From Candidatus Dormiibacterota bacterium (GTDB lineage Bacteria; Chloroflexota; Dormibacteria; Aeolococcales; Aeolococcaceae), in assembly GCA_963718525.1 (NCBI GenBank), contig OY970355.1, positions 3,264,001-3,328,000 on the forward strand: a stretch of 64,000 bases of DNA, read 5' to 3'. The position numbers were made by a program, and so were the translations under genes. Below are positions 9,943 to 20,577 of this stretch, piece by piece. The notes below the pieces were generated by a model. That model ran no database searches, was not told the origin of the DNA, and saw only the letters and a list, made by a program, of their open reading frames with translations. Each line of letters opens with the position of its first letter. Within the stretch, counting starts at the first letter, position 1.

Positions 9943-10610
9943 CGGACCTCCTCGAGCAATGCGCGGAGCAGGACGAGGTCCTGCGGAAACGTGATCTTGA
10001 AGTTGCGCGGGTCGCCGGGCACCACCGTCACCGGCTCGCCGATGGCCTCCACCAGCTCGGCATCATCGCCGGCGCTGATGCCCATCGCGGCCGCATTGCG
10101 ATGGGCACGGTGGAGGATATCCGCGCCGAATGACTGGGGTGTTTGCGTCGCGATGATCGACGATCGATCGAGGGTTGCCGTGACGCGACTGTCCTGGACC
10201 TGCTTCACAGTGTCCACGCAGGGTACCCCTGCGGTCGCCGCACCATCCGAGCGGGCTGCATCGAGGACCGAGCGGAAGAGTCCGGGCGGAGTGAGCGGGC
10301 GGGCCGCGTCGTGGACCGAGATCCATGCATGGTCACCGCAGCGATCGATCGCCGCGGCGACCGTGTCCTGGCGGCGCTCACCTCCTTCGAGGAGCACGAC
10401 GCCAGGCAGCTCGTGCTTGACGGCGATGCTCCGGATCGCGTCCCACCGATCGCCGGGTGCAGCGATGACGACGAGGTCGAAGCAACCCGCTGCTGCGATG
10501 GACTCGAGCGTGACTGCGATCACCGGGCGGCCGCTCACGAGTGCCCAGAGCTTGTCCTCCCCAGTGCGCACTCCCCGTCCGAAGGCGGGGACGATGAGCG
10601 CGCTGCTCAG
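9939..10610 (-). CDS. ispD: 2-C-methyl-D-erythritol 4-phosphate cytidylyltransferase (probable CTG start at 10610)
   Basis: GGERRQDTV, VHDAARP, QTPQ and NFKIT motifs; N-terminal ALIVPAFGRG lies upstream of the first GTG. Confidence 0.93.
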   Translation of the reverse strand: MSSALIVPAFGRGVRTGEDKLWALVSGRPVIAVTLESIAAAGCFDLVVIAAPGDRWDAIRSIAVKHELPGVVLLEGGERRQDTVAAAIDRCGDHAWISVHDAARPLTPPGLFRSVLDAARSDGAATAGVPCVDTVKQVQDSRVTATLDRSSIIATQTPQSFGADILHRAHRNAAAMGISAGDDAELVEAIGEPVTVVPGDPRNFKITFPQDLVLLRALLEEVR

Positions 10611-11761
10611 CGCTGCGCAACCTTGGCGCGAACCGGCCGGAGCACGCGTGGCTTGGTCGATTCATCGGCGGCGAGCGTCGCGAAGATCATGCGGCCCGCG
10701 GTGGTCTGGAGCACCGTGGTGACGGTGACGGTGACGGTCTCGTCCACATGGCTGCTGCCGTTCTCCACGACCACCATGGTGCCGTCCTCGAAGTACCCCA
10801 CGCCCTGATGGGGCTCCTTACCCTCTTTGACGACCGTGATCGCTATGCTCTCGCCGGCGCCCACGATCGGCTTGACCGCGTTGGCGAGGTCGTTGAGGTT
10901 GAGCACCCGGACGCCCTCGATCTGGGCGAGCCGGTTCAGGTTGTAGTCCTGGGTCATCAGCGCGGCGCCCCTGGCACGGGCCAGCTTGACGAGGCGGGCA
11001 TCCACGTCGGGCGTGCCGGGAAAGTCAAGATCGACGAGCTCGCACACCACGTCCTCCGCCTTCTGCAGCGCGTCGACGACCCCGAGCCCGCGGCGGCCCT
11101 TCTGGCGGCGGAACGGGTCGGCCGAATCCGCGACACGCTGCAGCTCCTCGAGCACGAATCCAGGGATGAGCAGGCGGCCGGGGACAAAGCCGGCGGCGGC
11201 GACGTCGACGATACGACCGTCGATGAGCACGCTGGTGTCGACGATGACCGGCTGACCGTCGAGCGGGCCGGGACCGCCCTCGTCGATGTCAACAGGGGCG
11301 CCGCGACCGAAGACGAGCCCGAGCGCGTCGCGACGACGGCTGCCGGTGCGCACTCCGACGTAGACGAGCACCGTCGCCAGGCCAATCGACACGATCACAC
11401 CGAGGCCGTACGGAAGGGGGTTGAGCAGGACAGCGACCATGGTCGCGATCAGCAACGCGGCGATGAGGCCGATGAGGGCGCCGACGATCTGGCTGGCTGG
11501 TGCCTCATCCAGGGTGCGCTCCAGCCAGAGATAGGGCTCGACTGTGATGAGCGGCCCGGCGAGCGCCATGGATGCAGCCCCGGCGGCCCCCGCCGCGAGG
11601 AGCGCCGCCCCGGCGATCGTGGTGTTCTCGTTGAGCACGCCCGGATTCCCGGAGAGGATGAACACGCCGTAGAGCACGCCGAAGACGAACCCCACTCCGG
11701 CGCCGATGATGCGCGAGAGATTTCGGGCCCGACGGATCGTCCGATCGGCATGCTGGTGCAT
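10607..11761 (-). CDS. PIN/TRAM domain membrane protein, YacL-like
   Basis: Four N-terminal TM helices; VDTSVLIDGRI PIN motif; TRAM motifs GVGYFEDGTMVVVE and QTTAGRMIFA. Confidence 0.93.
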   Translation of the reverse strand: MHQHADRTIRRARNLSRIIGAGVGFVFGVLYGVFILSGNPGVLNENTTIAGAALLAAGAAGAASMALAGPLITVEPYLWLERTLDEAPASQIVGALIGLIAALLIATMVAVLLNPLPYGLGVIVSIGLATVLVYVGVRTGSRRRDALGLVFGRGAPVDIDEGGPGPLDGQPVIVDTSVLIDGRIVDVAAAGFVPGRLLIPGFVLEELQRVADSADPFRRQKGRRGLGVVDALQKAEDVVCELVDLDFPGTPDVDARLVKLARARGAALMTQDYNLNRLAQIEGVRVLNLNDLANAVKPIVGAGESIAITVVKEGKEPHQGVGYFEDGTMVVVENGSSHVDETVTVTVTTVLQTTAGRMIFATLAADESTKPRVLRPVRAKVAQR

Positions 11762-11814
11762 CTCAGCGATTGAACCACACGATCTTCACGCCGAATGGCG
11801 GCGCGACACGACGG

Positions 11815-13182
11815 TCACCCGAGTAGTGCAACCGCCTCGGTCAAGGTGGCGACCCGGTGGCAGCGGAGGGTCCCGGGAACCGCTCCGCGGTAGCTTTCCG
11901 GAACGATCACCGCCTCCATCCCGACAGCGACCGCCTCGGCAAGGCGGACCTCGGTCCGGGACACGCGCCGGACCTCGCCGCCGAGACCAAGCTCACCGAT
12001 GACCGCGCAGTGGCGGGAGACGGCCTTGTTGCGCGTCGACCCGGCGATCGCCAGGGCCACGGCGAGGTCGGTCCCAGGGTCCGCGAGCCGGATGCCGCCG
12101 GCGACGTTGACGAAGACGTCGAGCTTCCGAACTGCGATCCCGGCGCGCTTCCCGAGGATGGCGAGCATGAGATGGAGGCGGTTGAGATCGAATCCGGACG
12201 CTGTCCGCCTGGGGAACTCGAATGGCGAGGCCACAGCCAGTGCCTGCACCTCCACGGCCATCGGCCTGAGCCCGTCACACGTGATCGTGAGCACGCTGCC
12301 AGACGCGCCGAGCGACGCAGCGTCGAGCATGCCCCGGCTGGGTGCCGCGACATCGCGCATGCCGTCGTGCTCCATCGTGAGAAGACCCACCTCGCCGGTC
12401 GCGCCGAAGCGGTTCTTGATGCCTCGGAGCATCCGGTGCTCACCGAGCCGCTCCCCCTCGAGATACAGCACGACGTCGACCATGTGCTCGAGCGTGCGTG
12501 GTCCGGCGATCGCGCCCTCCTTGGTGACGTGCCCGACAAGGAGCACCGGGACGCCGGTTGCCTTGGCCACCTCGCTCATACGAAGCACCGCGGCACGAAC
12601 CTGCGAGACGCTTCCTGGTGGTCCGGGAGCCCCGGCATCTCGCAGTGTCTGCACGGAGTCGACCACCGCGAGCGATGGGCGTTCCGCCTCGATCGTGGCG
12701 ACCACTGTGTCGACGTCGGACTCGACGAGCAGGCGAACCCCGGCACCGGTGCAGCTAAGCCGCCGAGCTCGCAGGGCAAGCTGCTCAAGCAACTCCTCAC
12801 CGGTGCAGTAGAGCGCCGGTGACACCACGTCGCCGCAGCCGTGCGACAGCTGCAGCGCGATGGTGGACTTCCCGATGCCAGGGTCACCACCGAGCAGCAC
12901 GACGCTGCCGGGAACGATCCCCCCTCCCAGGACGCGGTCGACTTCCAACGAGCCGGTGGGCTGAACGCGGGCTGGCGCGGCCATGACGGTGTCCATTGAT
13001 GTTGTGGTGGCGGCGGTACTGGTGGCTGCCGGCCTGCGGGCGCCGGGGCGAGCCATGTCCTCGATCAGGCTGTTCCAGGCTTCACACGCGGGGCAGCGGC
13101 CTTGCCACTTCGGCGCCTCCGTGCCGCACTCAGCGCAGATGTAGTGAATGCGAGGGATGGCGCGCTGCAACTCGGTGACCAT
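11815..13182 (-). CDS. radA: DNA repair protein RadA/Sms
   Basis: C4 zinc finger, Walker A GDPGIGKS, KNRFG motif, Lon-like C-terminus. Confidence 0.96.
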   Translation of the reverse strand: MVTELQRAIPRIHYICAECGTEAPKWQGRCPACEAWNSLIEDMARPGARRPAATSTAATTTSMDTVMAAPARVQPTGSLEVDRVLGGGIVPGSVVLLGGDPGIGKSTIALQLSHGCGDVVSPALYCTGEELLEQLALRARRLSCTGAGVRLLVESDVDTVVATIEAERPSLAVVDSVQTLRDAGAPGPPGSVSQVRAAVLRMSEVAKATGVPVLLVGHVTKEGAIAGPRTLEHMVDVVLYLEGERLGEHRMLRGIKNRFGATGEVGLLTMEHDGMRDVAAPSRGMLDAASLGASGSVLTITCDGLRPMAVEVQALAVASPFEFPRRTASGFDLNRLHLMLAILGKRAGIAVRKLDVFVNVAGGIRLADPGTDLAVALAIAGSTRNKAVSRHCAVIGELGLGGEVRRVSRTEVRLAEAVAVGMEAVIVPESYRGAVPGTLRCHRVATLTEAVALLG

Positions 13183-13198
13183 GGGCGACGAATCCTAG

Positions 13199-13212
13199 CG
13201 AACAGATGTACG
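13199..13212. promoter_or_regulatory. Putative LexA (SOS) box in the radA promoter spacer
   Basis: CGAAC-AGAT-GTACG lies between minus-strand TTGACC (13221-13216) and TAGGAT (13197-13192). Confidence 0.7.
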
Positions 13213-13278
13213 ATCGGTCAAGGGGGGCGATGCATGGGGTTGCAGGCCCGGCGATGTAGAGCGAGGTCGGACCGCCAC

Positions 13279-15312
13279 TTACCTCGAGTGGACCGACCGC
13301 CCCCTGCCTCGGTGGGTCTGCGCGGGCTCCGGTTCCTCCTTGCCCTCCATACGACGCCGGAGCTCCACGAGCCGATCGCGCAGCTCCGCGGCGCGCTCGA
13401 ACTCGAGGTCGCGCGCAGCACGCAGCATCTCCTTCTCCACGTCCTTCGCCAGCCGCAGCACCTCGTCGGGAGGCAACCCGGCCGCCTCCTGGAATGCCGC
13501 GGCGCGGAGCGACTGCTGGTCGCGGTGGGACTCCATCTGATACACGGCCTTGACGATCGACAGCGGGGTGATGTCGTGCTCGACGTTGTATGCGACCTGG
13601 ATCGCGCGGCGCCGGTCAGTCTCCGCAATCGCCTTCTCCATCGCATCGGACATTCGATCGGCATACATCACCACGTGCCCGAACACGTTGCGTGCCGCTC
13701 GCCCGGTGGTCTGGATCAGCGACCGATATCCGCGCAGATACCCCTCCTTGTCGGCGTCGAGGATCCCGATGAACGAGACCTCGGGCAGGTCGAGGCCTTC
13801 GCGTAGCAGGTTGATCCCCACCAGCACGTCGAAGACGCCGAGGCGCAGATCTCGAATGATCTCGACGCGCTCCAGGGTGTCGATATCGCTGTGCAGGTAT
13901 CGCACTTTGATGCCGGCCTCGCGCAGATAGTCGGTGAGGTCCTCGGCCATCTTCTTGGTCAGCGTCGTGATCAGGCAGCGCTCGTGACGCTCGATGCGAC
14001 GTCGCATCTGGGCGATGAGATCGTCGATCTGCCCGTGCAACTCCTTCACCTCGATGGTGGGATCGACCAGGCCGGTCGGGCGGATGATCTGCTCCACCAC
14101 CTGGGTGGCCTTGGTCTCCTCGTAGGGGCCGGGTGTCGCACTGACATAGATGATCTGACCGATCATCGAGTCCCATTCTGAAAACGTCAGAGGTCGGTTG
14201 TCGAGTGCCGAAGGCAGCCGAAAACCATATTCCACCAATGGAATCTTGCGGGCGCGGTCCCCCTTGTTCATGCCGTCGATCTGGGGCACCGCGACATGCA
14301 ACTCGTCGACGATCAGGAGCGCATCGTCCGGCAGGAAATCGAGCAGGCAGTGCGGGCGCTGGCCTTCGGAGCGATTGCTCAGATGGCGCGAGTAGTTCTC
14401 GATACCAGCGCACGTCCCGGTCTCTCGCATCATCTCCATGTCGAAGTTGGTGCGCTGGCGGAGCCGCTGGGCCTCGAGAAGGCGTCCACGGGTTTCGAGC
14501 AGCTTCACCCGGTCCTCGAGCTCCGCTTCGATGGAGACGAGTGCGCGATTCATCTGCTCCTGCGGAGTCACGTAGTGCGTCGCAGGAAAGACAGTGAGCT
14601 CGTCACGCATCGTGAGGATCTCTCCCGTGAGCGCGTCGAAGTCCTTGATCAACTCGATGGTGTCACCCATGAATTCAATCCGGGTGGCGATCTCCTCATA
14701 CGCGGGCTGGACGTCGACGACGTCGCCGCGCACCCGAAAACGCGTGCGCCCGAAGTCCAGGTCATTGCGCGCGTACTGCAAATCCGACAGCTTGCGCAGC
14801 AGGATGTCACGGCGCCACGAATCGCCGCGCTTGACCGTGATCAACTCGCCGAGGTAGTTCTCCGGCGACCCAATGCCGTAGATGCAGGAGATGGACGCAA
14901 CCACCACGACATCGCGGCGGGTCAGCAGGGCGCGGGTCGCGCTGTTGCGCAACCGGTCGATCTCGTCATTGCGCGACGAGTCCTTCTCGATGTACGTATC
15001 GGTGCGCGGGATGTACGCCTCGGGCTGGTAGAAGTCGTAATACGACACGAAGTACTCGACGGCATTCTTCGGGAAGAACTCGCGGAATTCAGCCCAGAGC
15101 TGCGCGGCGAGCGTCTTGTTCGGTGAGAGCACCAGCGTCGGACGCTGCTGCTCGGCAATGACGTTGGCGATGGTGAACGTCTTGCCGGACCCGGTCACCC
15201 CAAGGAGGATCTGCTCACGCTGACCCTCGTTCAGCCCGCGACTGAGCGCCTTGATCGCCGCCGGCTGGTCACCGGCAGGTTGAAAGGGCGCAAGCAACTC
15301 GAGAGCGGGCAC
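13279..15312 (-). CDS. uvrB: Excinuclease ABC subunit B
   Basis: [31 protein letters not shown]; C-terminal UVR domain. Confidence 0.98.
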   Translation of the reverse strand: MPALELLAPFQPAGDQPAAIKALSRGLNEGQREQILLGVTGSGKTFTIANVIAEQQRPTLVLSPNKTLAAQLWAEFREFFPKNAVEYFVSYYDFYQPEAYIPRTDTYIEKDSSRNDEIDRLRNSATRALLTRRDVVVVASISCIYGIGSPENYLGELITVKRGDSWRRDILLRKLSDLQYARNDLDFGRTRFRVRGDVVDVQPAYEEIATRIEFMGDTIELIKDFDALTGEILTMRDELTVFPATHYVTPQEQMNRALVSIEAELEDRVKLLETRGRLLEAQRLRQRTNFDMEMMRETGTCAGIENYSRHLSNRSEGQRPHCLLDFLPDDALLIVDELHVAVPQIDGMNKGDRARKIPLVEYGFRLPSALDNRPLTFSEWDSMIGQIIYVSATPGPYEETKATQVVEQIIRPTGLVDPTIEVKELHGQIDDLIAQMRRRIERHERCLITTLTKKMAEDLTDYLREAGIKVRYLHSDIDTLERVEIIRDLRLGVFDVLVGINLLREGLDLPEVSFIGILDADKEGYLRGYRSLIQTTGRAARNVFGHVVMYADRMSDAMEKAIAETDRRRAIQVAYNVEHDITPLSIVKAVYQMESHRDQQSLRAAAFQEAAGLPPDEVLRLAKDVEKEMLRAARDLEFERAAELRDRLVELRRRMEGKEEPEPAQTHRGRGRSVHSR

Positions 15313-15353
15313 CCTTCGAGTCTAGTCGCTGTGCAAGTCCCGCCGAATTTGCC

Positions 15354-16397
15354 TCACATCACCGCCGCGTAGATTTCCTCGAGGCGCTTGCCGATCGCGT
15401 CCCAGGAGTGCTCGGCGAGCACCACCTCGCGCCCCCGAGCCCCCGCTTCCGCACGCCGTGCGGGGTCGCCGAGCCACGCCACTGCCGCGGCGCGCAGGGC
15501 GGCCAGGTCGCCGGCTGGCACAAGCGCCCCGCCGACGCCGACCGCGTCGCGCAACCCATCGACGTCAAACCCCACCACGGGGGTCCCGGCTGCCTGCGCC
15601 TCGAGCGCCACCATGCCCAGCCCCTCGAACCGCGAGGGCATCAGCACGATCGCCGCCCGTGCGTATTCACGGTTCAGCGATTCGCGGTCGAGCGCGCCCA
15701 GGTATTCGATGCGCCCGCCGCTCGACTGCGCCGCCCGCCGCACCTCGGTCTCGAGACTGCCTCCGCCAACGAGGACACCCTGCACCCGCGGATCCTCCCG
15801 GGTGAGCATCTCCAGGACGGAGATCGCGTCGAGCGCACCCTTCTCGCGCTCCATGCGACTGACGAAGAGAACGCGCCCGTCCTCGTGCGCGACACCCGGC
15901 AGGTCCACGCGGTCGACACCGTTCGACAGCACCTCGATGCGCGAGGCGGGGATGCCCATCTCCAGCAGCGCATTCGCGGTGGAACGCGAGACCGGGAGCA
16001 CCATCGCCGCGCCTCGGTACGAGCGCGCCTCGACGCTGTTGAGGAGCCGCTTCACCGACCCGCGTCCGTGTGCCTGCCGGTAGGTGTGATGCGCCGTGTA
16101 GACGAGCGGGGCGCCGAGCCGTTTCCAGAGCAGGACGCCGCCGGGGCCGCCTTGCGCGTGGATCACGTCGGGTGACGCGCGCAGCAGGACCTGGGGATAT
16201 CGATTGAGCTGCAGCGAGAAATCGAGCGGCGCCCGTCCGGTGCGGCGCGCGAACGCGATCGCGTGTTCGCCGCGGCCCGAGACGGTGTGCACGCGCAGAC
16301 CGCGCCGCTCCAGCGCCGCCCGCATCCCGTGGACCACGACGCCCTGGCCACCGAGCGGTGGATCGTCGTCGTAGCTTGCAATCGTCACTCGGGTCAT
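15354..16397 (-). CDS. Glycosyltransferase family 4
   Basis: PSRFEGLGMVALEAQAAGTPVV (EX7E) motif; ATG overlaps the mutM stop. Confidence 0.9.
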   Translation of the reverse strand: MTRVTIASYDDDPPLGGQGVVVHGMRAALERRGLRVHTVSGRGEHAIAFARRTGRAPLDFSLQLNRYPQVLLRASPDVIHAQGGPGGVLLWKRLGAPLVYTAHHTYRQAHGRGSVKRLLNSVEARSYRGAAMVLPVSRSTANALLEMGIPASRIEVLSNGVDRVDLPGVAHEDGRVLFVSRMEREKGALDAISVLEMLTREDPRVQGVLVGGGSLETEVRRAAQSSGGRIEYLGALDRESLNREYARAAIVLMPSRFEGLGMVALEAQAAGTPVVGFDVDGLRDAVGVGGALVPAGDLAALRAAAVAWLGDPARRAEAGARGREVVLAEHSWDAIGKRLEEIYAAVM

Positions 16398-17218
16398 CGC
16401 TGGCAGCTCGGGCAGTACACCGTGGTGCGACCGGCGGTGACGGTGCGGCGCAGGGTCGTACCGCACACGAAACAGGGCAGGCCACCGCGTCCATACACCT
16501 GGAGGCGCTCCTGATTGCTCCCGCGCGCATTCCACACGTCGCGGTAGTCGTCGACGCTGCTGCCGCGGTTGGCCACAGCTGCAGTGAGCACGCGCGGGAT
16601 TGCGTCGAGCAGGGCTGCTCGTTCACGCCGTGTGAGGCGATGACACCGCCGGGTTGGACGGACGCCCGCGAGGAAACACGCTTCGTCGATGTAGATGTTG
16701 CCGAGGCCCGCCACGCCTTTCTGATCGAGCAGCGCGGCCTTGACCGTCCGGGTGGTGTTGCGAAGTACAGCGTCAAGTTGCGCCTGCGAAAACGTGTCCG
16801 AAAGGGGTTCCACACCCAGTCGAGGCAGGACCCCGGCTGTCGTCAAGGCTTCGCGCGAACCGTAGGCCACGCGGCCGAAGCGTCGCGCGTCGTCGAAACG
16901 GAGCTCGTTGCCGTCGTCCAACTCGGCGCGGATATGCGTGTGCTTGGCTACCGGGGCATCCGCGTCGCAGACCAGCAGGTGCCCTGTCATGCCGAGATGC
17001 ACCATCAGCTCGTCGCCGGAATCCAGTTCCAGCAGCAGGTACTTGCCGCGGCGATCCACGTTCTCGAAATGCTGCCCCGCGAGCAGCGCCGGGAGCATCC
17101 GTCCATCGGGGTAACGGACGATGTCGGGGCGGTCGACGGTCACCTGCTCGATGCGCCGGCCCCTGAGCACACCGCGAAGGTCACCTGCGACCGTCTCCAC
17201 CTCCGGGAGCTCGGGCAC
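16394..17218 (-). CDS. mutM: Formamidopyrimidine-DNA glycosylase
   Basis: PELPEVET, HLGMTG, GLGNIY; C-terminal zinc finger. Confidence 0.97.
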   Translation of the reverse strand: MPELPEVETVAGDLRGVLRGRRIEQVTVDRPDIVRYPDGRMLPALLAGQHFENVDRRGKYLLLELDSGDELMVHLGMTGHLLVCDADAPVAKHTHIRAELDDGNELRFDDARRFGRVAYGSREALTTAGVLPRLGVEPLSDTFSQAQLDAVLRNTTRTVKAALLDQKGVAGLGNIYIDEACFLAGVRPTRRCHRLTRRERAALLDAIPRVLTAAVANRGSSVDDYRDVWNARGSNQERLQVYGRGGLPCFVCGTTLRRTVTAGRTTVYCPSCQR

Positions 17219-17219
17219 T

Positions 17220-19973
17220 TCAGTTCCTCGCGATGGGCGTCATGTCCCCCCAGTTGTCGCCGACCTTGACGTCAACATCGAGGGGGACCTTGAGCGCCTC
17301 GGCGGCGCCCATGCGATCCCGGAGCAGCGCGACCACGTCGTCGACCTCCTCCGCCGGGGCCTCGAGCAGCAGCTCGTCGTGGACCTGGAGGAGGATCCGG
17401 CTGCGCAGGCCCGCCTCGCTCAGCGCGTGGTCGACCAGGATCATTGCCTGCTTCATGATGTCGGCGGCGCCACCCTGAATCGGCATGTTCACCGCCATGC
17501 GCTCGGCGGCGAAACGGAGCTGGCGGTTGGCGGCGCGGATGTCGGCGATGTAGCGACGCCGCCCGATGAACGTCTCCACCCAGCCGTACTCCCGCGCATG
17601 ATTGCGCACCCCCTCGAGGTAGACGGTGACCGCGGGAAAATTGCGGAAATACGCATCGATGAACGCATGCGCGTCCTCGCGGCTCATGCCCGTGTCGCGC
17701 GCGAGACCGAAGTCGCTCAGCCCATAGACCACGCCGAAATTGACCACCTTGGCGATGCGGCGCATGTCGGGGGTCACCGCCTCGGGTTCGACCCCGTAGA
17801 CCTCGGCAGCGGTGCGCCGGTGGATGTCCTCGCCGCGCTGGAACGCTTCGATCAACTCCGTTTCGCCGGTGACGTGCGCGAGCACGCGGAGCTCGACCTG
17901 GGAGTAGTCGGCGCTGACCAGGCGCTGGCCGCGGTCCGCATGGAACGCACGCCGGATCCGCTGTCCCCACTGCGTGCGCACGGGGATGTTCTGCAGGTTC
18001 GGATCCGAGGACGACAAACGCCCGGTGGTCGCGACCGCCTGATTGAACGACGTGTGCACACGTGAGTCGGCGGTGCACAGGAGCGGCAGCGCATCGACAT
18101 ACGTGCTCTTCAGCTTGGTGAGCTGCCGCCATTCGAGGACCAGATCGACGATGGGATGCTCGCCGCGCAGGGCTTCGAGGGTGTCGGCGTCGGTGCTCCG
18201 TCCGGTCTTGGTCTTTCGCCCGCTGGCGAGACCGAGGTCGTCGTAGAGAAAGCGCCCGAGCTGCTGCGTGCTTCCGGGGTTGAACGTGTACCCGGCGACC
18301 TCCTGCACCTCGTTCTCGATCTCGGTGATGCGCGTGTGCATCTCGGCGCTGATCGATCCGAGCAGGTCGCAATCGACGGCAACTCCCTCCACCTCCATCG
18401 CGGCGAGGATGGGGATCAGGGGCAGCTCCATGGTGTCATGGAGCTGCGTGGCGTTCGCTCGCTCCATGGCGCTGATCAACTTCTCGCCAACCGGGTCGAT
18501 CAGGCCGACCCACACGCCGTAGTACGCTGCGGCCTCCTCCACCGGAACGTCTGCGATGCCGCGTTTGCCCCTGCCGCTCCCGAGCAGCGTCTCCTCCGCC
18601 TCGACGCTCAACAGGGCAAGGTCGTGCGCCAGAACCGGCAGTGTCGGAACCTTGAGCCGCGAATTGGTGAGGTACGCGGCGAGCAGCGCATCGAACCGCA
18701 GTCCCTGAATGGCGATGCCACGCCGCCGCCATCCGAGGAGTTCGCGCTTGAGGTCGTAGCCGCGTTTGGCAATAGTGCTGTCGACGAGCACCTCTTCCAG
18801 GGCGGTGATCGCCGCCGGATCAGCATTGCGCTCCAGCCCCGCATGCCACACCGGCATGTAATAGGCGATGTCCTCACCCTTCGGGGCGAACGCGACGCCG
18901 ATCATGTCGCCGGTTCGCGGATTGCCGTCGATCACCGTGCGCAGGTTCATGGCACCGGCCGCGCGTATGCGCTGCAGGGCGTCAGCGGCTTGATGCGCAT
19001 CGACGACGAGTTCGACGTCGGTCGCCGGCGACTGGAGATCTCCAGGCAGGGCTGGCGCATCGTTCGCGGATGGTGGGCGTGCCGGCGCCGCGCCGTCCTC
19101 AACAACGCGTCCGGGGAGGCGCGGCAGGAGGCTGCGAAACTCGAGACGGTCGAACAATTCGCGCACTGCGGATTCGTCGTAGTTGAAGAGGCGCGCACCC
19201 TCGAGGGGGAGGTCGACGTCCACGTCAACCTTGATGGTCGCGGTCCATTTGCTCAACCGCGCTTGCTCCATGTGGCTTTCCAGCGCGCGCTGCACGCGGC
19301 CCGGCGGCATTGTCGGCACCGCTGCGAGCACGTTCTCGAGCGGTCCGTACTGCTGCACCAACGACATGGCGGTCTTCTCACCGATCCCCGGGACACCGGG
19401 GATGTTGTCGCTCGGATCCCCTTGCAGCGCCTTGAAATCGACGACCAGCGGCGGTTCGAAGCCGTATCGTTCGCGCACCTTGTCGAGGTCGTAGATGATC
19501 GTGTCGCTGAGACCGCGCCGGCTTGCGAAGACGCGGATGTGCTCGGTGACGAGCTGGAGCACATCGAGGTCGCCCGTCAGGATGATGACGTCGAGTCCCG
19601 CGGCTTCAGCCTTTTGCGCCAGCGTGCCGATGACGTCATCGGCCTCGAAGGTCGGGATCTCGACGATGGGGATGCCGAGCGCCTCCACCACCTCACGCGC
19701 CCACGGAAACTGGGCACGTAGCTCGTCCGGGGCGCGCTGGCGTTGCGCCTTGTACTCCGCGAACTTCTCGTGCCGAAAGGTCGGTCCTGGAGGATCGAAC
19801 GCCGCGATGGCATACGTCGGCATGGTGTCGTTCAGCGCCTTGAAGAGCATCGACGTGAAGCCGTACGCGGCGTTGGTCATCTCGCCCCGGCTGTTGCTCA
19901 GTGCGGGCATCGCGTGGAACGCGCGGTACACGAGATTGTGTCCATCCACCAGCAACAGGGTCTCGCGAGCCAC
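17220..19973 (-). CDS. polA: DNA polymerase I
   Basis: 5'-3' exonuclease (LVDG, GDPSDNIPGV); polymerase motifs ADYSQVELR, KVVNFG, QVHDEL. Confidence 0.98.
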   Translation of the reverse strand: MARETLLLVDGHNLVYRAFHAMPALSNSRGEMTNAAYGFTSMLFKALNDTMPTYAIAAFDPPGPTFRHEKFAEYKAQRQRAPDELRAQFPWAREVVEALGIPIVEIPTFEADDVIGTLAQKAEAAGLDVIILTGDLDVLQLVTEHIRVFASRRGLSDTIIYDLDKVRERYGFEPPLVVDFKALQGDPSDNIPGVPGIGEKTAMSLVQQYGPLENVLAAVPTMPPGRVQRALESHMEQARLSKWTATIKVDVDVDLPLEGARLFNYDESAVRELFDRLEFRSLLPRLPGRVVEDGAAPARPPSANDAPALPGDLQSPATDVELVVDAHQAADALQRIRAAGAMNLRTVIDGNPRTGDMIGVAFAPKGEDIAYYMPVWHAGLERNADPAAITALEEVLVDSTIAKRGYDLKRELLGWRRRGIAIQGLRFDALLAAYLTNSRLKVPTLPVLAHDLALLSVEAEETLLGSGRGKRGIADVPVEEAAAYYGVWVGLIDPVGEKLISAMERANATQLHDTMELPLIPILAAMEVEGVAVDCDLLGSISAEMHTRITEIENEVQEVAGYTFNPGSTQQLGRFLYDDLGLASGRKTKTGRSTDADTLEALRGEHPIVDLVLEWRQLTKLKSTYVDALPLLCTADSRVHTSFNQAVATTGRLSSSDPNLQNIPVRTQWGQRIRRAFHADRGQRLVSADYSQVELRVLAHVTGETELIEAFQRGEDIHRRTAAEVYGVEPEAVTPDMRRIAKVVNFGVVYGLSDFGLARDTGMSREDAHAFIDAYFRNFPAVTVYLEGVRNHAREYGWVETFIGRRRYIADIRAANRQLRFAAERMAVNMPIQGGAADIMKQAMILVDHALSEAGLRSRILLQVHDELLLEAPAEEVDDVVALLRDRMGAAEALKVPLDVDVKVGDNWGDMTPIARN

Positions 19974-20040
19974 AGCGGTCCATGGTAGCGGCGAGGCCGG
20001 TATGTCCTCGGCAACGCACCTCCGGGGTTATGATCGAGGC

Positions 20041-20571
20041 ATGGCCGACCTGGTGGAAATGACCGTCGACAGCATCAGGGTGCACATGCCGACCGGCCAG
20101 CACGTCGTCATCCTCAAGGAGAAGACGGCTGACCGCTACCTTCCGATCTGGATCGGCATCAACGAGGCCAACGCCATCGCGCTGAAGATCACCGGGATCA
20201 CCCCGGAGCGGCCGATCACCCACGACCTGCTCGCCAATCTCCTCAGCGCCGTCGACGTCACCGTCGAGCGGATCGTGGTCACGTCCCTGAGCAACGAGGT
20301 GTTCTACGCGCGGATCCTCGCTCAGGTCGACGGCCGGCGCCTGGAGATCAACTCGCGACCCTCGGACGCGATCGCCGTCGCGGTGCGAGTCGGAGCGGGC
20401 ATCTTCGTCGCCGACGAGGTGCTGGACAAGGCCGGCGTCCTCCCGGAGGCGGACAAGGACGGCGATCTCACCGAGGCGGATCCCGAAAGCGAGGAGCGGC
20501 TCGCCAAGATTCGCGACTGGGTGAACACGCTCAACCTGCCGGACCTCGGTACCGGGGCCTCGGAGAGCTGA
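20041..20571 (+). CDS. Bifunctional nuclease family protein (DUF151)
   Basis: LPIWIG..EA, RPITHDL and SRPSDAIA motifs. Confidence 0.92.
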   Translation: MADLVEMTVDSIRVHMPTGQHVVILKEKTADRYLPIWIGINEANAIALKITGITPERPITHDLLANLLSAVDVTVERIVVTSLSNEVFYARILAQVDGRRLEINSRPSDAIAVAVRVGAGIFVADEVLDKAGVLPEADKDGDLTEADPESEERLAKIRDWVNTLNLPDLGTGASES

Positions 20572-20577
20572 CTCTGC

